Shown: positions 14,781-30,439, numbered from the stretch's first letter. The stretch: 64,000 nt of DNA from the human T2T-CHM13v2.0 reference genome, Homo sapiens (GCF_009914755.1 NC_060939.1), one strand, 5' to 3'. Notes: generated by a model from the sequence alone, not told the origin. Made by a program: numbers and translations.

Positions 14781-15469
14781 TTTTGCTCAAAAAGTAATCA
14801 AGTATTTGGGCTTAAAGTTAAGTCAGCTCCACAAATACAGAGACCATCTCTGTTTTGTGACTACTGATCTCCAAGCTACCACAGTGACAGGTACATAAGC
14901 ACTCAGTAAATATTCGTGGAATACTAAATAACAATCTTTTTACAAATGGGCGGCATCGGTGGTATAGGCTTCAAGCACACCAGAGGACCCATTTTATTTC
15001 CACAGCCCTTTGGCATCCATCTCAACTGTCCCAACTTCTCATTCCTGGCCCTCCCTTCCATTGTCATCTCACCCTAGGAAGAGCGCTAAGTCCCCCACTG
15101 TATCCCCATGCTTCTGCCTCCTCCATCCTTCTCATGCAGGGTGCCCCAGGGAGTGGGAAGATGGAGTGACAGGCAGCAGGGCCTGAAGGACTGGAGAGCT
15201 TTCTCTCCACTCATTTCAGTCCTCCTGTGGTTCTTCTGCCAAGGCTTTTAGCAACTCTGCTCACTATCTGCATTAGCCGCAAGAGGAGTGGATGGGAACA
15301 AAAGCAGGATGAGAGGCTCTTGTTCTTTCTCCCTTTCTAGAAGAGGCTAGCAGAGCTCTTCTCACCTTGACATTTAGTGGCAGATATTCATTACCCTAAA
15401 TATTACACCACCAGCAACAACACCCCCATCATCATCATCATCATCACCAACCTGTTAATCAAAATAATT

Positions 15470-15610
15470 GCAATCACCATTTAGTAAATGTTTACCATAT
15501 GCCAGATGCTACTCATTTCACCTATATTATTGAATTTCATCTGTGAGGACTCCGTGAGGTGGGTAGTATCATCCCCATTTTACAGATACACAAACTGAGA
15601 CAGTTTCACT
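15470..15610 (-). mobile_element. MIR fragment
   Basis: ATCCCCATTTTACAGAT..AAACTGAG core. Confidence 0.65.
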
Positions 15611-15745
15611 TGACCCTTTTTTGGATCCCCTACCCTATTCTTGCTTTGCAAGGCTCACTTCCTCATGCTAAATCCTTTATTGCTGTTTGCAAAACATGCT
15701 CAGTTTCTGCTTGCATTTCCGCAGCCTTCGGATTTCAAATCCAAA

Positions 15746-15842
15746 TTTTTTAGAGTCAGGCATGTTCTCACTATATTGCCCGGGCTGGAGTGCTGTAGCT
15801 ATTCACAGGCATGATCATAGTGCACTGCTGTCTTGAACTCCA
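15746..15842 (-). mobile_element. FAM/7SL-derived monomer fragment
   Basis: Reverse complement contains GCCTGTGAATAGC, diagnostic of 7SL/FAM. Confidence 0.7.
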
Positions 15843-16125
15843 GCGTTTGAAGACATACCTTCCCCTCATGCCCTCGACTAAATGCTTACTGCCCAGGAGG
15901 GGCTTTTCTTTATCTTTGGTGACCCTGCAGCCTTCAGTCTTTCCCAGATACTCTCTTCCCACTGCCTCTGGCACCTATTTGTGCTCAGGCAAAGGGATGA
16001 GTATTGTTCTGCTTGATTTGGGGGAAAAGAATAACTTGTGGATTGAGCTCATAGGAACATGGCACCAGCTGTTTGGGGCTTTTGCTGTTTTACCAAAAAT
16101 AGCAAAATCTCTTGCCAAAAATCAA

Positions 16126-16184
<59 letters not shown>
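16126..16184. repeat. Compound (TC)n(CA)n microsatellite
   Basis: Read directly. Confidence 0.95.
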
Positions 16185-16185
<1 letters not shown>

Positions 16186-16997
16186 CTTTCTCTTGGCTTG
16201 AAAATATTTTGAGGGCACATTGCTCTTGTTCACATGGCAAAGAAAAGTGTGGGTTTCAGTATCAGGCTGACTTGGGTTCAAACAGGCTATACCTGAGCTG
16301 GGTCATCATGCCCAAGAAGCATGAGTCAGGGCTGAAATCTACTCGCTGGCTCAGCCAAGCCCCAAGACCTGGCCCAGGGCTGCATCAGCCAAGGAAGGAG
16401 TGCCTTTTCCCAGCTGGTCTTCCCAGAAGACTTGCCTTTTTGCAGTGCACCCACTCAGAGGGGGAGTCTTTTCCTAATGCACACAAAGGTGCCTTATGTG
16501 AGGGGCAACCATGGTTCAAAGCCTATTTTGCCTCATGCTAGCTGTGCTGCTTAAGACAGGTGACTGTACATATTTATTGTCTTCAGCCAATAATTTGAGA
16601 ACCCTGACTCTGCAGCAGGCACTGGGCCAAGTGTGGCAGGACCAGTGTGACAAAGTCACGATTCCTGCCTCAGAGAAGCCTGCAGTCTAGTTGAGAGATC
16701 CTCACCAACAGTTGGATGGGCACTTAACCTAGCACTCCCAGAATAGATGCTATAGAAGATGCTGAAGGAATGGTGTTCCAGGCAATAGGAACTGCACAGG
16801 AAAAGGTAGTGAGATGTAAAACAGCATAGTATCTGCAGAGAACAAAGCACAGTTTGGCATTCCTGAAGCACAGAGAGTCAGGTGGGCTACAGCAGGAGAA
16901 AGGGAGAGAGCCTCTGAGGCCCATTTCTCTTATCTCTAAAGCAAGGATGACTATTACCTCCATCAGTGCGGGACCTGATTAGGTATTCAATGCATGA

Positions 16998-17296
<299 letters not shown>

Positions 17297-19577
17297 TAGT
17301 TTTGAAACTTCTCAAAGGCAGGTACCGTGTCTGCAGCTATACCCTATCATAGCACACTGCAGCTTTGAGCACCACTGTTTGAAGACATACCTTCCCCTCA
17401 TGCCCTCGACTAAATGCTCACTAACCAGGAGGGTCTTTTCTTTATCTTTGGTGACCCTGCAGTCTTCAGTCTTTCTCAGATACTCTCTTCCCACTGCCTC
17501 TGGTACCTATTCATTCTCAGGGAAGGGGATGAGTATCAGACACTGTGCTGAGAATAAAATCTGTGTTAAATAAGTAGTTTTTGATTGTCTAGTGCTAGCA
17601 CATATTAAAGACCTAACAAGTATTTGTTGGATGAATGAAATAAGCCAGTCCTGAAACCTGGTCCTTACCTCCTAGATCTGCCTGAGATATGGGGTTGGAG
17701 GAGGGTCTTTGGAGAGGAACGAGAAGGAGGAAGCACATCAAAACCTTCTTTCCAGAGGGAGTAGCTGCTTGGACCATAGAGCAAAGCCCTGTGAAGCATT
17801 TTCCTTAAACTGGAGGCCCCTGGGTTGCCATAGGGCCTCCACTCTCTGGTTTCTGCTCTCAGGGGCAGGACAGGGGAGCACGGCTGAGGTGTGAGTGGCC
17901 AGGGCAGGGGTGCAGGCAGAGCTCCAGTCCCAGAAAATGACTGCTCATGTCGTTCGCTGGGAGTGTAAAGAAGAGGCTGGGGGCTGAAGAGGCAAAGCCC
18001 AGGGAATATAAGAAAATCTTAGCTGCAGGGAAAAGCGCTCTTCTTCGCAATGAAGGCAATGAAATTAGAGGTAATTGCAAGACACGGAGATTCGATAAAA
18101 CCTAGGGAGGCGATCAGGTAAGGGGGGCTGGAACTAGCTTGGGAGATGGAACAGCTGTTCCTCCCCTCCAGCGCCACTGGTAATAGCCCCTGTGTTGTTA
18201 GAATTGAACAAACAGTTCTTCCTGGCCCCAACCAGCGATGCCCTGTAATGGGGGCAGCTGGAGCAGACAGAGGAGTGGGGGTAGCTTGCCCACCTATGAG
18301 ACACAAGCTTTCCCCCGAGACACCACACTGTGCTGGGGTCTGGAAGCCCAAGAATGGTAGAGCTTGGACCTGCTGTAAGGGCAGAAGGCTAATGGGGATG
18401 ACTACCATAGGACTGACCTCCCTTTCACCTGCAGGCCACAGGCCACCAGAGGCCCTAGGAGGAGCTAGGGCATGCCCTCCTTCCCTGTCCCCCTGTGTCC
18501 TTCCTTTCACTTGCTGAGGATACAGTGGTGAGTAATTCACACCATGAAACAGAATGAAATGTGGAAAGTGCTGGTTAGGAAGCACAAGGCCACGTGGACG
18601 CATACAGCAGGTGACAGCCCAGCCCAGGTGCTCCTCAGTTTGGGAAAGTCTTTAAGAAGAAGGGGTCTTTAGTGGGGCCTGATGCATGGCTCTGGGGAGA
18701 GGAGTCAGTAGGAGGGGATGGTAGCTGAGAAAGCACAAGCACCTTCTGGAAGATGCATTGCACTTCAGAGGCAAGATTTTCTTTTCTATTTTTTTAAAAT
18801 TTCTTACTCTAATCTCATGACAGATTAGGGAGGCAGGTTTTGAAGAAGGTTGCTGATGAGATAGAAAAGCAACCTGAGGAGATGCGGTGCGAAGAGTGAC
18901 CATGATGAAATTAGCACAATGGCTTTGGGAACTGGTGATCCTGGGCTCTACCTGGTTGGCCCTGACCATGGGAGCCCTGGGCCTGGAACTGCCCTTGTCC
19001 TGCTGGGAGGTCCTGTGGTGACTGCCCGCCTACTTGCTGGTATCCTCCAGGTGCTATGCCCTGGGCACTGTGGGTTATGGAGCGGCCACTTTGCCTAATA
19101 GCAAGGACACCATACATGAGCTGCATAATCAGAACCAGGAGCCCAAAGCTGACTCAGCCCACAGACACCCTACCCTCATTCCTGCGCAGACAGCCCTCTC
19201 TCCCATTCCCCATTAAAGAGCAAGTTTATTTTCTAATAAAAGAGAGAAACGAAAAGAAGAAAAGAAAAGAAAAGCAACTTTGGGGGGAAGGACTATTACG
19301 CTGAAAGGAATTACAGTGTCAATGCTTAGGACTATTACACTATTACGCTTAGGGGAAGGACTATTACACTGAAAGGAATTACAGTGTCATGCCATCGCAA
19401 TTAACATGTCCCACAGCGAGGAATAGCTCAGAAACTCCAAGAAGGCCCTCAGGGGACATTAAGCAGCAGCCAAAGCCAATGGTGATGAAAACCAAGGCAT
19501 AATATTTTATAAGTTTATGATGAAATAAGTGCCAGAGTAGAACCCAAACTGGACAGATACCAAAAGAACAAGACTGT

Positions 19578-19912
19578 GTCCTTTGCAAGAACGTGGATGG
19601 AGTTGGAGGCCACGATCCTCAGCAAACTAACGCAGGAACAGAAAACCAACCGCATGTTCTCACTTATAAGTGGGAGCTAAATAATGAGAACCGATGGGCA
19701 CAAAGAGGGGAACAGCAGACACTTGGGCCTACTTGGAGGTGCAGGGTGAGAGGAGGGAGAGGATCAGGAAAAATAACAATCAGGTACTATGCTTAGTGCC
19801 TGGGAGAGGGAATAATCTGTACAATACAGCCCTGTGACACAAGTTTACCTACATAACGAACCTGCACATGTATCCCTGAACCTAAAATAAAAATTGAAAA
19901 CAATAAATAAAT
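19578..19912 (+). mobile_element. Older L1PA/L1PB 3' end fragment
   Basis: CATGTTCTCACTTATAAGTGGGAGCTAAAT...AACCTGCACATGTATCCCTGAACCTAAAATAAAA. Confidence 0.85.
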
Positions 19913-20039
19913 ACAATATGTCAACAAGAACATATGGGAAGAACCATGCCCAAAATGAAATAGTACAAAATGGTCATGCTTGGGTAAGGGATTGTGGCTG
20001 ATGTTTCTTTTGTTGCTTGTTTAAACAAATTGTTTTTCT

Positions 20040-20300
20040 TTGTTTGTTTGTTTGTTTTTCTTTGAGACGGTCTCACTCCGTTGCCTAGGCTGGAGTGCAG
20101 TGGCGCAATCTTGGCTCACTGCAACCTCTGCCTCCTGGGTTCAAGCAATTCTCCTGCCCCAGCCTACTGAGTAGCTAGGACTATGGGTACCCACCACCAT
20201 GCCTGGCTAATTTTTGTATTTTTTAGTAGAGACGAGTTATGATCTCACCAGTGTACTCTAGCCTGGGTAACAGAGCAAGACCCTGTCTTTAAAAAATAAA
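20040..20300. mobile_element. Fused inverted Alu fragments (minus right arm about 20040-20235; plus 3' end about 20236-20300)
   Basis: Alu right arm in reverse abuts ATGATCTCACCAGTGTACTCTAGCCTGGGTAACAGAGCAAGACCCTGTC. Confidence 0.8.
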
Positions 20301-20992
20301 TTTAAAAATTAAAAAAAATGTAAAATTTAAAACATGAATAACAGCAAAAAATGGTAGGTTTAGAAAAATGTTGTTTTCAAGCTGCTTGTTATTTCCCTTC
20401 TCCCTCAAAACAAGGTCATTCATGGCCGTTGTCAGTGAAAACAAATTATGTTTCCTTCATTCTGCAGCCCAGAGACATTGTGTTCTGCTCAACTCAATCC
20501 AGCTCAGTAAGCTCTTTATGTGAACATCTTCCCTGCGAAGGTCACCTGCCTAAATGCTAGGGCTGTGGGGTGAGGGAAGGAGACACAAGCAAAAACAAGG
20601 GGAGCCCTTGTCTTCAGATTGACTGGAATATAAGGATGAGGAAGGGAATTAGGTTAGAAAGAAAGATGTAGGAATCTTTAGAAGAGTCTCTATGCTAGGA
20701 CTTGCTCTGCAGGTAGTGAAAAGTGAGGGTGTGATAGGATTAGAGTTGGTTCTTAGGAAGATCATTCCAGGAGCAGTGGGAGGACAGGCAAGAAGAGTGG
20801 AGTCAGGAAGGTGACAGAGCCCAGAGACTGGCCCATGCTTCCAGGGGAGGAGAGCGAGGCTGGGGAAGGACAGCAGTAAGTGCAGCCAAGGAGCCCCCTC
20901 TTATTGGCCAGCAGGCTTCTCTTAAGTGTGGCAGGCAGGGAACAGGCTAACTCACCCTGTCTTCATGCCTGAAAGAAGAATGCACCCTAGGG

Positions 20993-21149
20993 CAGTGGTT
21001 CCCAACCTTGGCTGCCCAGTGGGCTCAACTGAGGAGCTTTAAAAATACTAGGTCCTGGGTCCCATCCCCAGATAGTCTAATTTAATAGATTTGGGGTATT
21101 TTGGAGCTTTCAGAGGATTCTAATGTGTGATCAAGTTTGAGAGCCACTG
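20993..21149. mobile_element. MER5-type hAT-Charlie MITE
   Basis: Terminal inverted repeats CAGTGGTTCCCAACCTT ... AAGTTTGAGAGCCACTG; flanks CCCTAGGG / CTTTAGAG. Confidence 0.75.
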
Positions 21150-23027
21150 CTTTAGAGCACCATCAAACACACGAGGAGTCCACGCTCCTGGTCCCCAGGC
21201 AAGATCTCATGCTTCTGCCTAGAAGAGATGCTGAGCAGCTGGTCACTATTCTTATTGGGCTCTGAATTTGAAGCTTTTCTGGGGATGTGACAACTATGTC
21301 CTCTGCAGCATTGAGAGCACTCAGCTACTTTGGCTCAGTACTACTGATGGCGTTCTGCCTTCTGATCTCTCCTCCTGTGTTCCTCATCACTATGTGTCCA
21401 CTTCCTTCTGTATGTCCATGCCTTTACCATGCAATTTTGGGAGGGGCAGGAAGAAACCACATGTGTTCAGGGTAACATCTTGACCTGGAAACTCCTTTCT
21501 GTCTTTTATGGGAACAGGGGTGCCGGGGAGATTCTGGGCCTTGGGGACATCCAGTCTTCCTAGTCCTCAATGGCTGAATACAGGAAAAAGACATCATTTT
21601 AGGTATATTTATAAAGCAGCTGAGCTCTGTCTCAAGATGGCTAGGATGAGCATTTGGAATAAAAAGTTGATATTTGCGATATGTAACCAATACCCGCAGT
21701 AATTAGGCATGAAGTTTGGCCACCTCTTCTATGGGTGAGGCCACCCAGAGTTATTCTTGTCTTTCCTCCACCCCATTGAGCATCTCCGATGTGACAAAAC
21801 TAAAATGCTAGAGGCCTGGGTCCAGCACATGAGGCCAGAAAAGAGTGTAGGTACCTGGGAATGTCAGTGCCATTCAGTGTGACCACAGTAAGGGCAATCA
21901 CCCGGGCAGCTCTCCCAGGAATCTGTCCTTGTGGCCAGCCAGTGGGGTGACTTTCCAGAGTCCATTCCCCTGCCAGTCTATAAGTGGCAAGCTTGGGAGA
22001 CAGACAGCCAAGGTCCTTTTAGGGATGTGGCTAGCAACCTCTGCCAGAAACCTAGCATGGGTCAGAGGGATAGTCAGCTGCTGTGAACCACTAGATGCCC
22101 TGTCACCAACATGGGGCAAGTTGAAGAGGTAGGAAGAGGGAAGGGAGCAGTGGGGACGCCTTCCCCTGCCACCTTCACAAATCATTACTATCTGCTGGGG
22201 GCTGGGCCCCACAGTGCATCTGATAAGGTTGTTAAGTCAGCCGGAACACCTGCCCGGCCATCTGGCACTTTTATCCTCTAGACCGGGCCACACAGGCCTC
22301 TTTGCCCACCTCCTCAAAGGCAGTGGGCTGCAGGGCTCCCAGGACACCTGCTGGGGAGAATGAGTGTCCCCCAGCCACCCCACCGCCAAGCCCCAGGTGC
22401 TGCAAGGCAGCATTCTGGGTCCTCAGGTAACACTTCAGAAATCCTTCTTTATTTTTTTGAGAGATGGCTCCCTAGCAGCAATGTAGCAGGGGTGGGGGCC
22501 CCCGCTAAGGCTGCCTGGAGTTTAAACACAGGTTGATTCTGACCTCACTGAGATAACAGAGCAATGTAGTAGTGAGGCTGGAACAGGGAGAATTTAACCA
22601 CGGCTTTTTCTTCTCTTCATATCAGACTAAATTGGAGCAGCAGCCCAGGGATCATTAATCATCTCAAATGCTGGGCTTCAGAATCTTATCTCCAGTATAA
22701 TCACCTCATCCCCTCTTCTGGGCTCTGGAAACCATAGCATTTGAGGAGAAAGCACAGTACCTATGTTAGCAGATCTTGTTAGGCGCTATCTAGCAGCACG
22801 TGACCCGTTAATGTATATGTTTAGCTGTTCCAATTGAGTTCTGATTTGTGTTAAGAAAAACACAACTGGGGTTGCTGGAAATGTTCTGTATCCTGGCCCA
22901 GATGATGGTTATACATTTATAAAACACCATCAAGCTCTACACTTAAGTGTCCTTTATCCATGTTCTCTCTGTCTCTCTCGCTATCTCTTCCTTATCCTTC
23001 TATTAATAAGTTTTTTGAAGAAAAATA

Positions 23028-23372
<345 letters not shown>

Positions 23373-23489
23373 TCAAAAGTAGCAACACCACCCTTGCAAC
23401 CAAGGGGCCTAGGCTGTGTGTGCGTCACTGTAACCTTAGTGGCTGGATCTCTGGCTGCTCAGGGCAAGGCAGTAGAAGGGGGAAAAGAG

Positions 23490-23710
23490 GTGGAATTTGG
23501 AGGAAAGCACATCTGTATTTGCATCTTGACCCTGCCATTTTCTATGTCACTGTGGACGAGTCATTTGGCCTCTCTGCTCCCCAGTTTCCTCACCTGCAAA
23601 GTGGGGATGATATTGCCTGTCTTACTGGTTGTTGCGATTAAGATGATTAAATGGCAACATCTGGCACATTGAAGGCACACACCAAATGGCAGTGCTCATT
23701 ACCATGTAAT
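23490..23710 (+). mobile_element. MIR
   Basis: CCCCAGTTTCCTCACCTGCAAAGTGGGGATGATA core. Confidence 0.65.
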
Positions 23711-23772
23711 AGCTGGCTTCTCCTGCTTCCCCTGTCCTCACCTTACCCTGTCACACCTAGCACCTGAAATAA

Positions 23773-24145
<373 letters not shown>

Positions 24146-24451
24146 AGCCTTGGCTCCTCATTTCAACTGCAGAAGTCCTGCTTATATGACTTGGCCTGAC
24201 CCATGCAGGTGCTGCCACCCACTGCAGCAAGAGTAGGTCACTCCTTTCTAACATCCATCCTTTGAGATCATCCCAACCCTGACTCTGTGGTCAGTGCCCT
24301 CAGCAGCAGCATGGCCCCAACTGTACCTGTGGGCTCAGGAGACACTGGGTTGGAATTCCCATGGTGCATGCAAAGGACATCAACAGCTACTCAACACTTG
24401 CCATTGGGGACCAGGGAGTGGTGGTTCCTTAGAGCAGAGGGTATGGGTGGG

Positions 24452-24809
24452 TGCTATGGTCTGAATGTTTGTGTCCCCTCCAAAATGTATGTGTTGAAAT
24501 CTAATCCCCAATGTGAAGGTAGGAGGTGAAGCCTTTGGGAGGTGATTAGGTCATGGAGGTGGAGCCCTCATGAATGAGATTAGTGCCCTTATAACGGAGG
24601 CCTCAGAGAGCTGCTATGCCTCTTCCACCATGTGAGGACACAGCTAGAAGGCTCCATTTATGAACCAGAAATTGAGCCCTCACCAGACACTGGATCTGCC
24701 AACACCTTGACTTTGGACTTCCAGCCTCCAGAACTGTGAGAAATCAGTTTCTATTATGTATAAGCTACCCAGCTTATGGTGTTTTGTTATAGCAGCCTGA
24801 ACTATGACA
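24452..24809 (+). mobile_element. MaLR solo LTR (MLT1A/MST-like)
   Basis: TGCTATGGTCTGAATGTTTGTGTCCCC...TTGTTATAGCAGCCTGAACTATGACA; 5-bp TSD GTGGG at 24447-24451 and 24810-24814. Confidence 0.88.
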
Positions 24810-26055
24810 GTGGGGCAGACCCAGTGCTATTTGTGTCCACTCAGGAATGCAGACCAGTCCAAGGTGAGGTGTTCCAGAGCCTGTCTGTGCTGGGTGGACA
24901 CATCAGAGGCATGAGACTCACCCATGCACACCCTTTTCCAGCATGCATGCCTGTACTGCAGTGAATTTACTTTCCTTTATGAACCACCTACATTTGCAAA
25001 ATCACTCCTTCCTAATGAGCCCACGTTTGCTTCCCTCTCATGCCAACCAGAAGCAGTCTAATCCCTTTTCTACACTCTCAGCATCCAAATATTTGAAGAT
25101 ATTCGTGTCCCTTGTCCTCGAAGGGAGCCTCGTGCAGGTTAAAGATCCCCTGTTCCTTCAATGGTAGCTCAGACATCAGCCTGAAAAGCAGCTCCTTGCT
25201 GTGGGCCCTGCACCATTTTCATCACGGAGGTGGCAAGAGATGAAATGACGATTTTGTCAGTGGGCGATTTTCAGACACAGACCCTTAGGAAAGCATGGCT
25301 ATTATCACAGCAGCTCCCAAGTGCCCACAACAGGCCCTCCTCTGTGCACTTCACACCCTTTTACCATCCTGCACCAGCCCCCACTCCCCTCTCCGATTGA
25401 TTCCCGGTTCACACTAATTAGGCTTTGCTTGGACTGTAACAGGAACGAGAGCTTTGCCATTTTCTTTAAGGAAGCCATGTGAAAGGCTGACCTGCTGGTG
25501 GTTGCCAGGCAACCTTGATGATCCCACTGGAGAGACAAACTCGAGAGCGACAGGGCAAGAAAGCCTAGTTAGCAGCTATTGAATATGATCTCTGCTGCAC
25601 CAAGAGGTGTGAGAAAGTTCTAGTCAGATGTCTTTTTAAAGGGAGTGCGCATGTGTGTGCATTCGTGTGTGTGTGTCTGTGTGTTGGAGAGGCATAGTCA
25701 AAGGGAGCTGGGAAAGAATAAAGTAGTGTTATTATTTCAGGTAGAATAATAATAACATACTGTGGCAGGAAAATATATTGAAATATTATACTTTATCTGT
25801 TTGCCTTTAGTTTTCCCTCCTGCCCCCTCAATTCTAGTTGCTGGGCAGAAGTTGCCCTTCCTCACTTTGGAACAAGACAGAAAGCAGAAGCAGACAGTAG
25901 GCAAGGCCCTTCCCCTCTTTTGTAAAATGTTAAGCCACAGAACAAGGAATTGTGTGAGGAGTCTTGGAAGGTGGAGCAAGAGAAGTGTGAAGTTGGAGAA
26001 GCAGGATTTTCTGGGGACAATAAGGAGACAGAGGTCTCTGAGTCTCCATTGCTCA

Positions 26056-26414
<359 letters not shown>

Positions 26415-27335
26415 CTAAGCACCTAGGCTCCCAACCTCACCAAGTGTTCCTTAACCCACACACGACACAGTCCCCTGATGAGAAGGAACTATGCAGAGGG
26501 CACAGTGCATAGTCCAGGGAAGTCTGTGGAGCTGGGGAGCTACAGAGGGGCCAGCCTGGTAGGTTGGCATCTGAAACAACCCAGAACATTTGCACAGCCC
26601 TGATGGCTGGGAGAGGAAACAATGACTTAGATTGCACTTCCTTCACATGGAGGCAAAACAGGGACACAGAATGGATTTCATGTAGAGCAACTCAAGCTTT
26701 TTAGGTGAACACTTTGCTAGTCTCTACCAAACTTTCAATGTCACCTCCCAATAATTTCATTTGTGTTAAGAGGTAACATTTATTGCACTTTTACTATATG
26801 CCAGCAGTGTTCTAAGAACTCCACTCTAACAACACAGGAGAGTATCTACTTCTCCTGCACGCTTACCATCACAGACTATTTTCAATCTTTAAAAATGTTG
26901 CCAATCCAACCGTTGTGAAAAATGGCATCTTATTGTTCTTTTAATGTACATAGCACTGAGTAATAAGTTTTCACTTGCATTTCTGTATCATTTGCATTTT
27001 AACAATGAGAATAAGTTCATGTATTAACTTGTATATAAAATTAAAGTATATCAAAATAATGGATCCATATGCACTTAAGAATACAGTCTTGAAATATGCG
27101 AAGCAAAAATCCATAGAAAAACAAAGTGAAATTAATAAATCCACAGTGGAAGATTTTTACCATATACATAAGATATCAATCAAGTAAGCAAAAATAAGTA
27201 AAGATTTGATAACACAATTAAACTTAATCATGTACAAAATATATTGCAATTGCATTATATATGTACTTATACATATATGTATATGTATACACACACAACG
27301 TATACATATAGACACATACATATATACATATATAT

Positions 27336-27696
27336 TGCTATAGTCTGAATGTTTGCATCATCCCCAAATTTACATGTTGAAACTCCAACCCCCAATGTGA
27401 CGATATTAGGAGGTGAAGTCTTTTGGAAGGCAAAACACTTATTACTGGGACTGGTGTTCTTAAAAAGAGGCCCCAAAAAGCCCCCAAAAAGCCCCCTTGC
27501 CCCTTCCACCATATGAGGACACAGTGAGAAGGCACCATCTATTCACTAGGAAGAGGGCCTTCACCAGACTCTGAATTTGTCAGCACCTTGATGTTGGACT
27601 TCCAGGCTCCAGAACTATGAGAAATAGATTTCTGTTGTTTTTAAGCTACCTAGTTTATGGTATTTTTAATAATAGCAGCCTGAATGGGCCATGACA
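27336..27696 (+). mobile_element. MaLR solo LTR (MLT1A/MST-like)
   Basis: TGCTATAGTCTGAATGTTTG...ATAGCAGCCTGAATGGGCCATGACA. Confidence 0.85.
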
Positions 27697-27862
27697 TAGA
27701 CACAAAAAACCACGCATAAATCCAATAAAACTACGTGTATACACACAAACAGTATACAGAGAACACTCTCAAAAAGTTGATTGTACCATCTGCTACAAAG
27801 AAAAACTGGATAAATTATAAAAATCAAAAGTCATAAAGAGCTACAATCTCTGAACACCGTGA

Positions 27863-28159
<297 letters not shown>

Positions 28160-28716
28160 AGAAATAATATTTAAGATTAGTAATTGTTTTAAAAGGATAA
28201 CCAAATTATCACCTGCTTAGAAAAATAAAATATTTTCCTAAATAACTATTAGGTTAAAAGAAAATTTAAAAATAAAATTACACTTTACTTAGAAATGAAA
28301 GACAGTCATCTTTTCTGGTTTTCTTAGAGGGTAAAAGAAAGAAATGAAAGACAACCAATTTGTTTGAAGATGTAAGTGTAAACCAAACTAGGTAAATTAT
28401 AGGTAGTTAAAAAAATAATCTTGGCACAGGAAAAGCCTTATTAAATATGACACAAACCTCAAAAATCCCAAACAACTGATACATTCAACCACCTAGGAAT
28501 TTTTTCTTAATGTGGCAAAAACCACCATGGGTAAAGGCAAATGATAAACTAGGAAAAAATATTTACAACTTATATGACAGACAAAAGACTAATTTCCTAA
28601 TATATAAAGATCTCCTATAAATCAATAAGAATATAGACTACCAGCCCAAGAGAAAACATGGCCAAAGGATATGAATAGAGAGTTCACAGAAAAGAGAATT
28701 TAGGGAAATGGCTCTT

Positions 28717-29000
28717 GGCTGAGTGTGGTGGCTCATGCCTATAATCCCAGCACAGTGGGAGGCCAAAACGAGAGGATCCCTTGAGCTCAGGAGTTTGAGA
28801 ACAACCTGGGCAATATGATGAGACCCCATCTCTGTAAAAAAACAACAAAAACCATAGTGGCACATGCCTGGAGTCCCAACTACCCGGGAGGCTGAGGCAG
28901 GAGAATGTCTTGAACTCAGGAGTTTGAGGCTGCAGTGAGCTGTGATCTCACCACTGTACTCCAGCTTGGGAGACAAAGCGAGACCCTGTCTCTCAAAAAA
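28717..29000 (+). mobile_element. AluJ within an old L1M fragment
   Basis: TSD GAAATGGCTCTT. Confidence 0.9.
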
Positions 29001-29172
29001 GAAATGGCTCTTAAAACATATGACATGATATTCTATTGCACTCATAATAAAATTAATTGTAAAATAAAACTCACTGAGATATTGAGTGAAAGAAGAGGAC
29101 ACATGGATGATTATATTCATATAAAGTTTGGAATTTTAGCCAAACTAATTGAAGGTGTTAAAGGTTAGATGA

Positions 29173-29411
<239 letters not shown>

Positions 29412-29504
29412 GGTAAATTCTATTTCTTGATTTGGGTGCTGTTATAGATTAATTTACTTTGTGAAAATGAATGGAGCTGTACACTTATTGGTCCATATTT
29501 CTTT

Positions 29505-29811
29505 CTTTCTTTTCTTTTTTTTTTTTTGAGATGGAGTCTCGCTCTGTCACCCAGGCTGGAGTGCAGTGGCATGATTTTGGCTCATGGCTGCAAGCTCCAC
29601 CTCCCCAGGTTCATGCCATTCTCCCGCCTTAGCCTCCCGAGTAGCTGGGACTACAGGTGCCCGCCACCATGCCCAGCTAATTTTTTGTGTTTTTAGTAGA
29701 GATGGGGTTTCACTGTGTTAGCCAGGATGGTCTTGATCTCCTGACCTCGTGATCCGCCCGCCTCAGCCTCCCAAAGTACTGGGATTATAGGCATGAGCCC
29801 TGTGCCCGGCT
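29505..29811 (-). mobile_element. AluY-like
   Basis: TSD GGTCCATATTTCTTT. Confidence 0.92.
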
Positions 29812-30179
29812 GGTCCATATTTCTTTATGCTACATGTCAATAAAAATTACTTTAATATACTGCATTGAGATATTATTTTTCACTGATTAGGTTGGCAAGG
29901 AGCAAATCATCTGGTGGTGCATTTTGTTAATAAGGGGAAAAGGCTTTCCTCATGTATTACTGATGAGAGTGCAGATTAATAAAGCTTCAATAAGGAGATG
30001 ACATTAACATCTGTAGAAATTACTAATGCACATACCCTCTGGCTGCATTTTCATCTCCAGGAACTTACCCTACAATAATACTTGCACCTTTACAATGACA
30101 TAATGCATGCCCACGTCATTGAGAGACAAAACAATGGAAAGCTAATTAAACATCCATCAACAGGGAACTAATTAAATAG

Positions 30180-30315
30180 TGAGAGCAGTGGCTCATGCCT
30201 GTAATTAATCCCAGCAATTTAGGAGGCCAAGGTGGGAAGATCGCTTGAGCCCAGGAGTTCAAGACCAGACTCAGCAATATAGTGAGACCCCGTGTCTATT
30301 TCTGAAAAAAAAAAA
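30180..30315 (+). mobile_element. FLAM / Alu left monomer
   Basis: Monomer with A-tail. Confidence 0.8.
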
Positions 30316-30439
30316 TTGACCTATGGTTTTGTATAGAGTTGGCATTAGAGGAAACTGAAAAACACACACATCAATTATCTCTACTATTCTTGCAACTTTC
30401 CATAACTCTAAAATTATTTAAGAATAAAAAGTGAAAGAG

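Noticed and set aside
15746-15842. 7SL RNA gene
   Set aside because: Only a decayed FAM-type fragment lacking the S domain
18019-18603. 194-aa minus-strand ORF in unique DNA
   Set aside because: No recognisable domain or exon structure; likely chance
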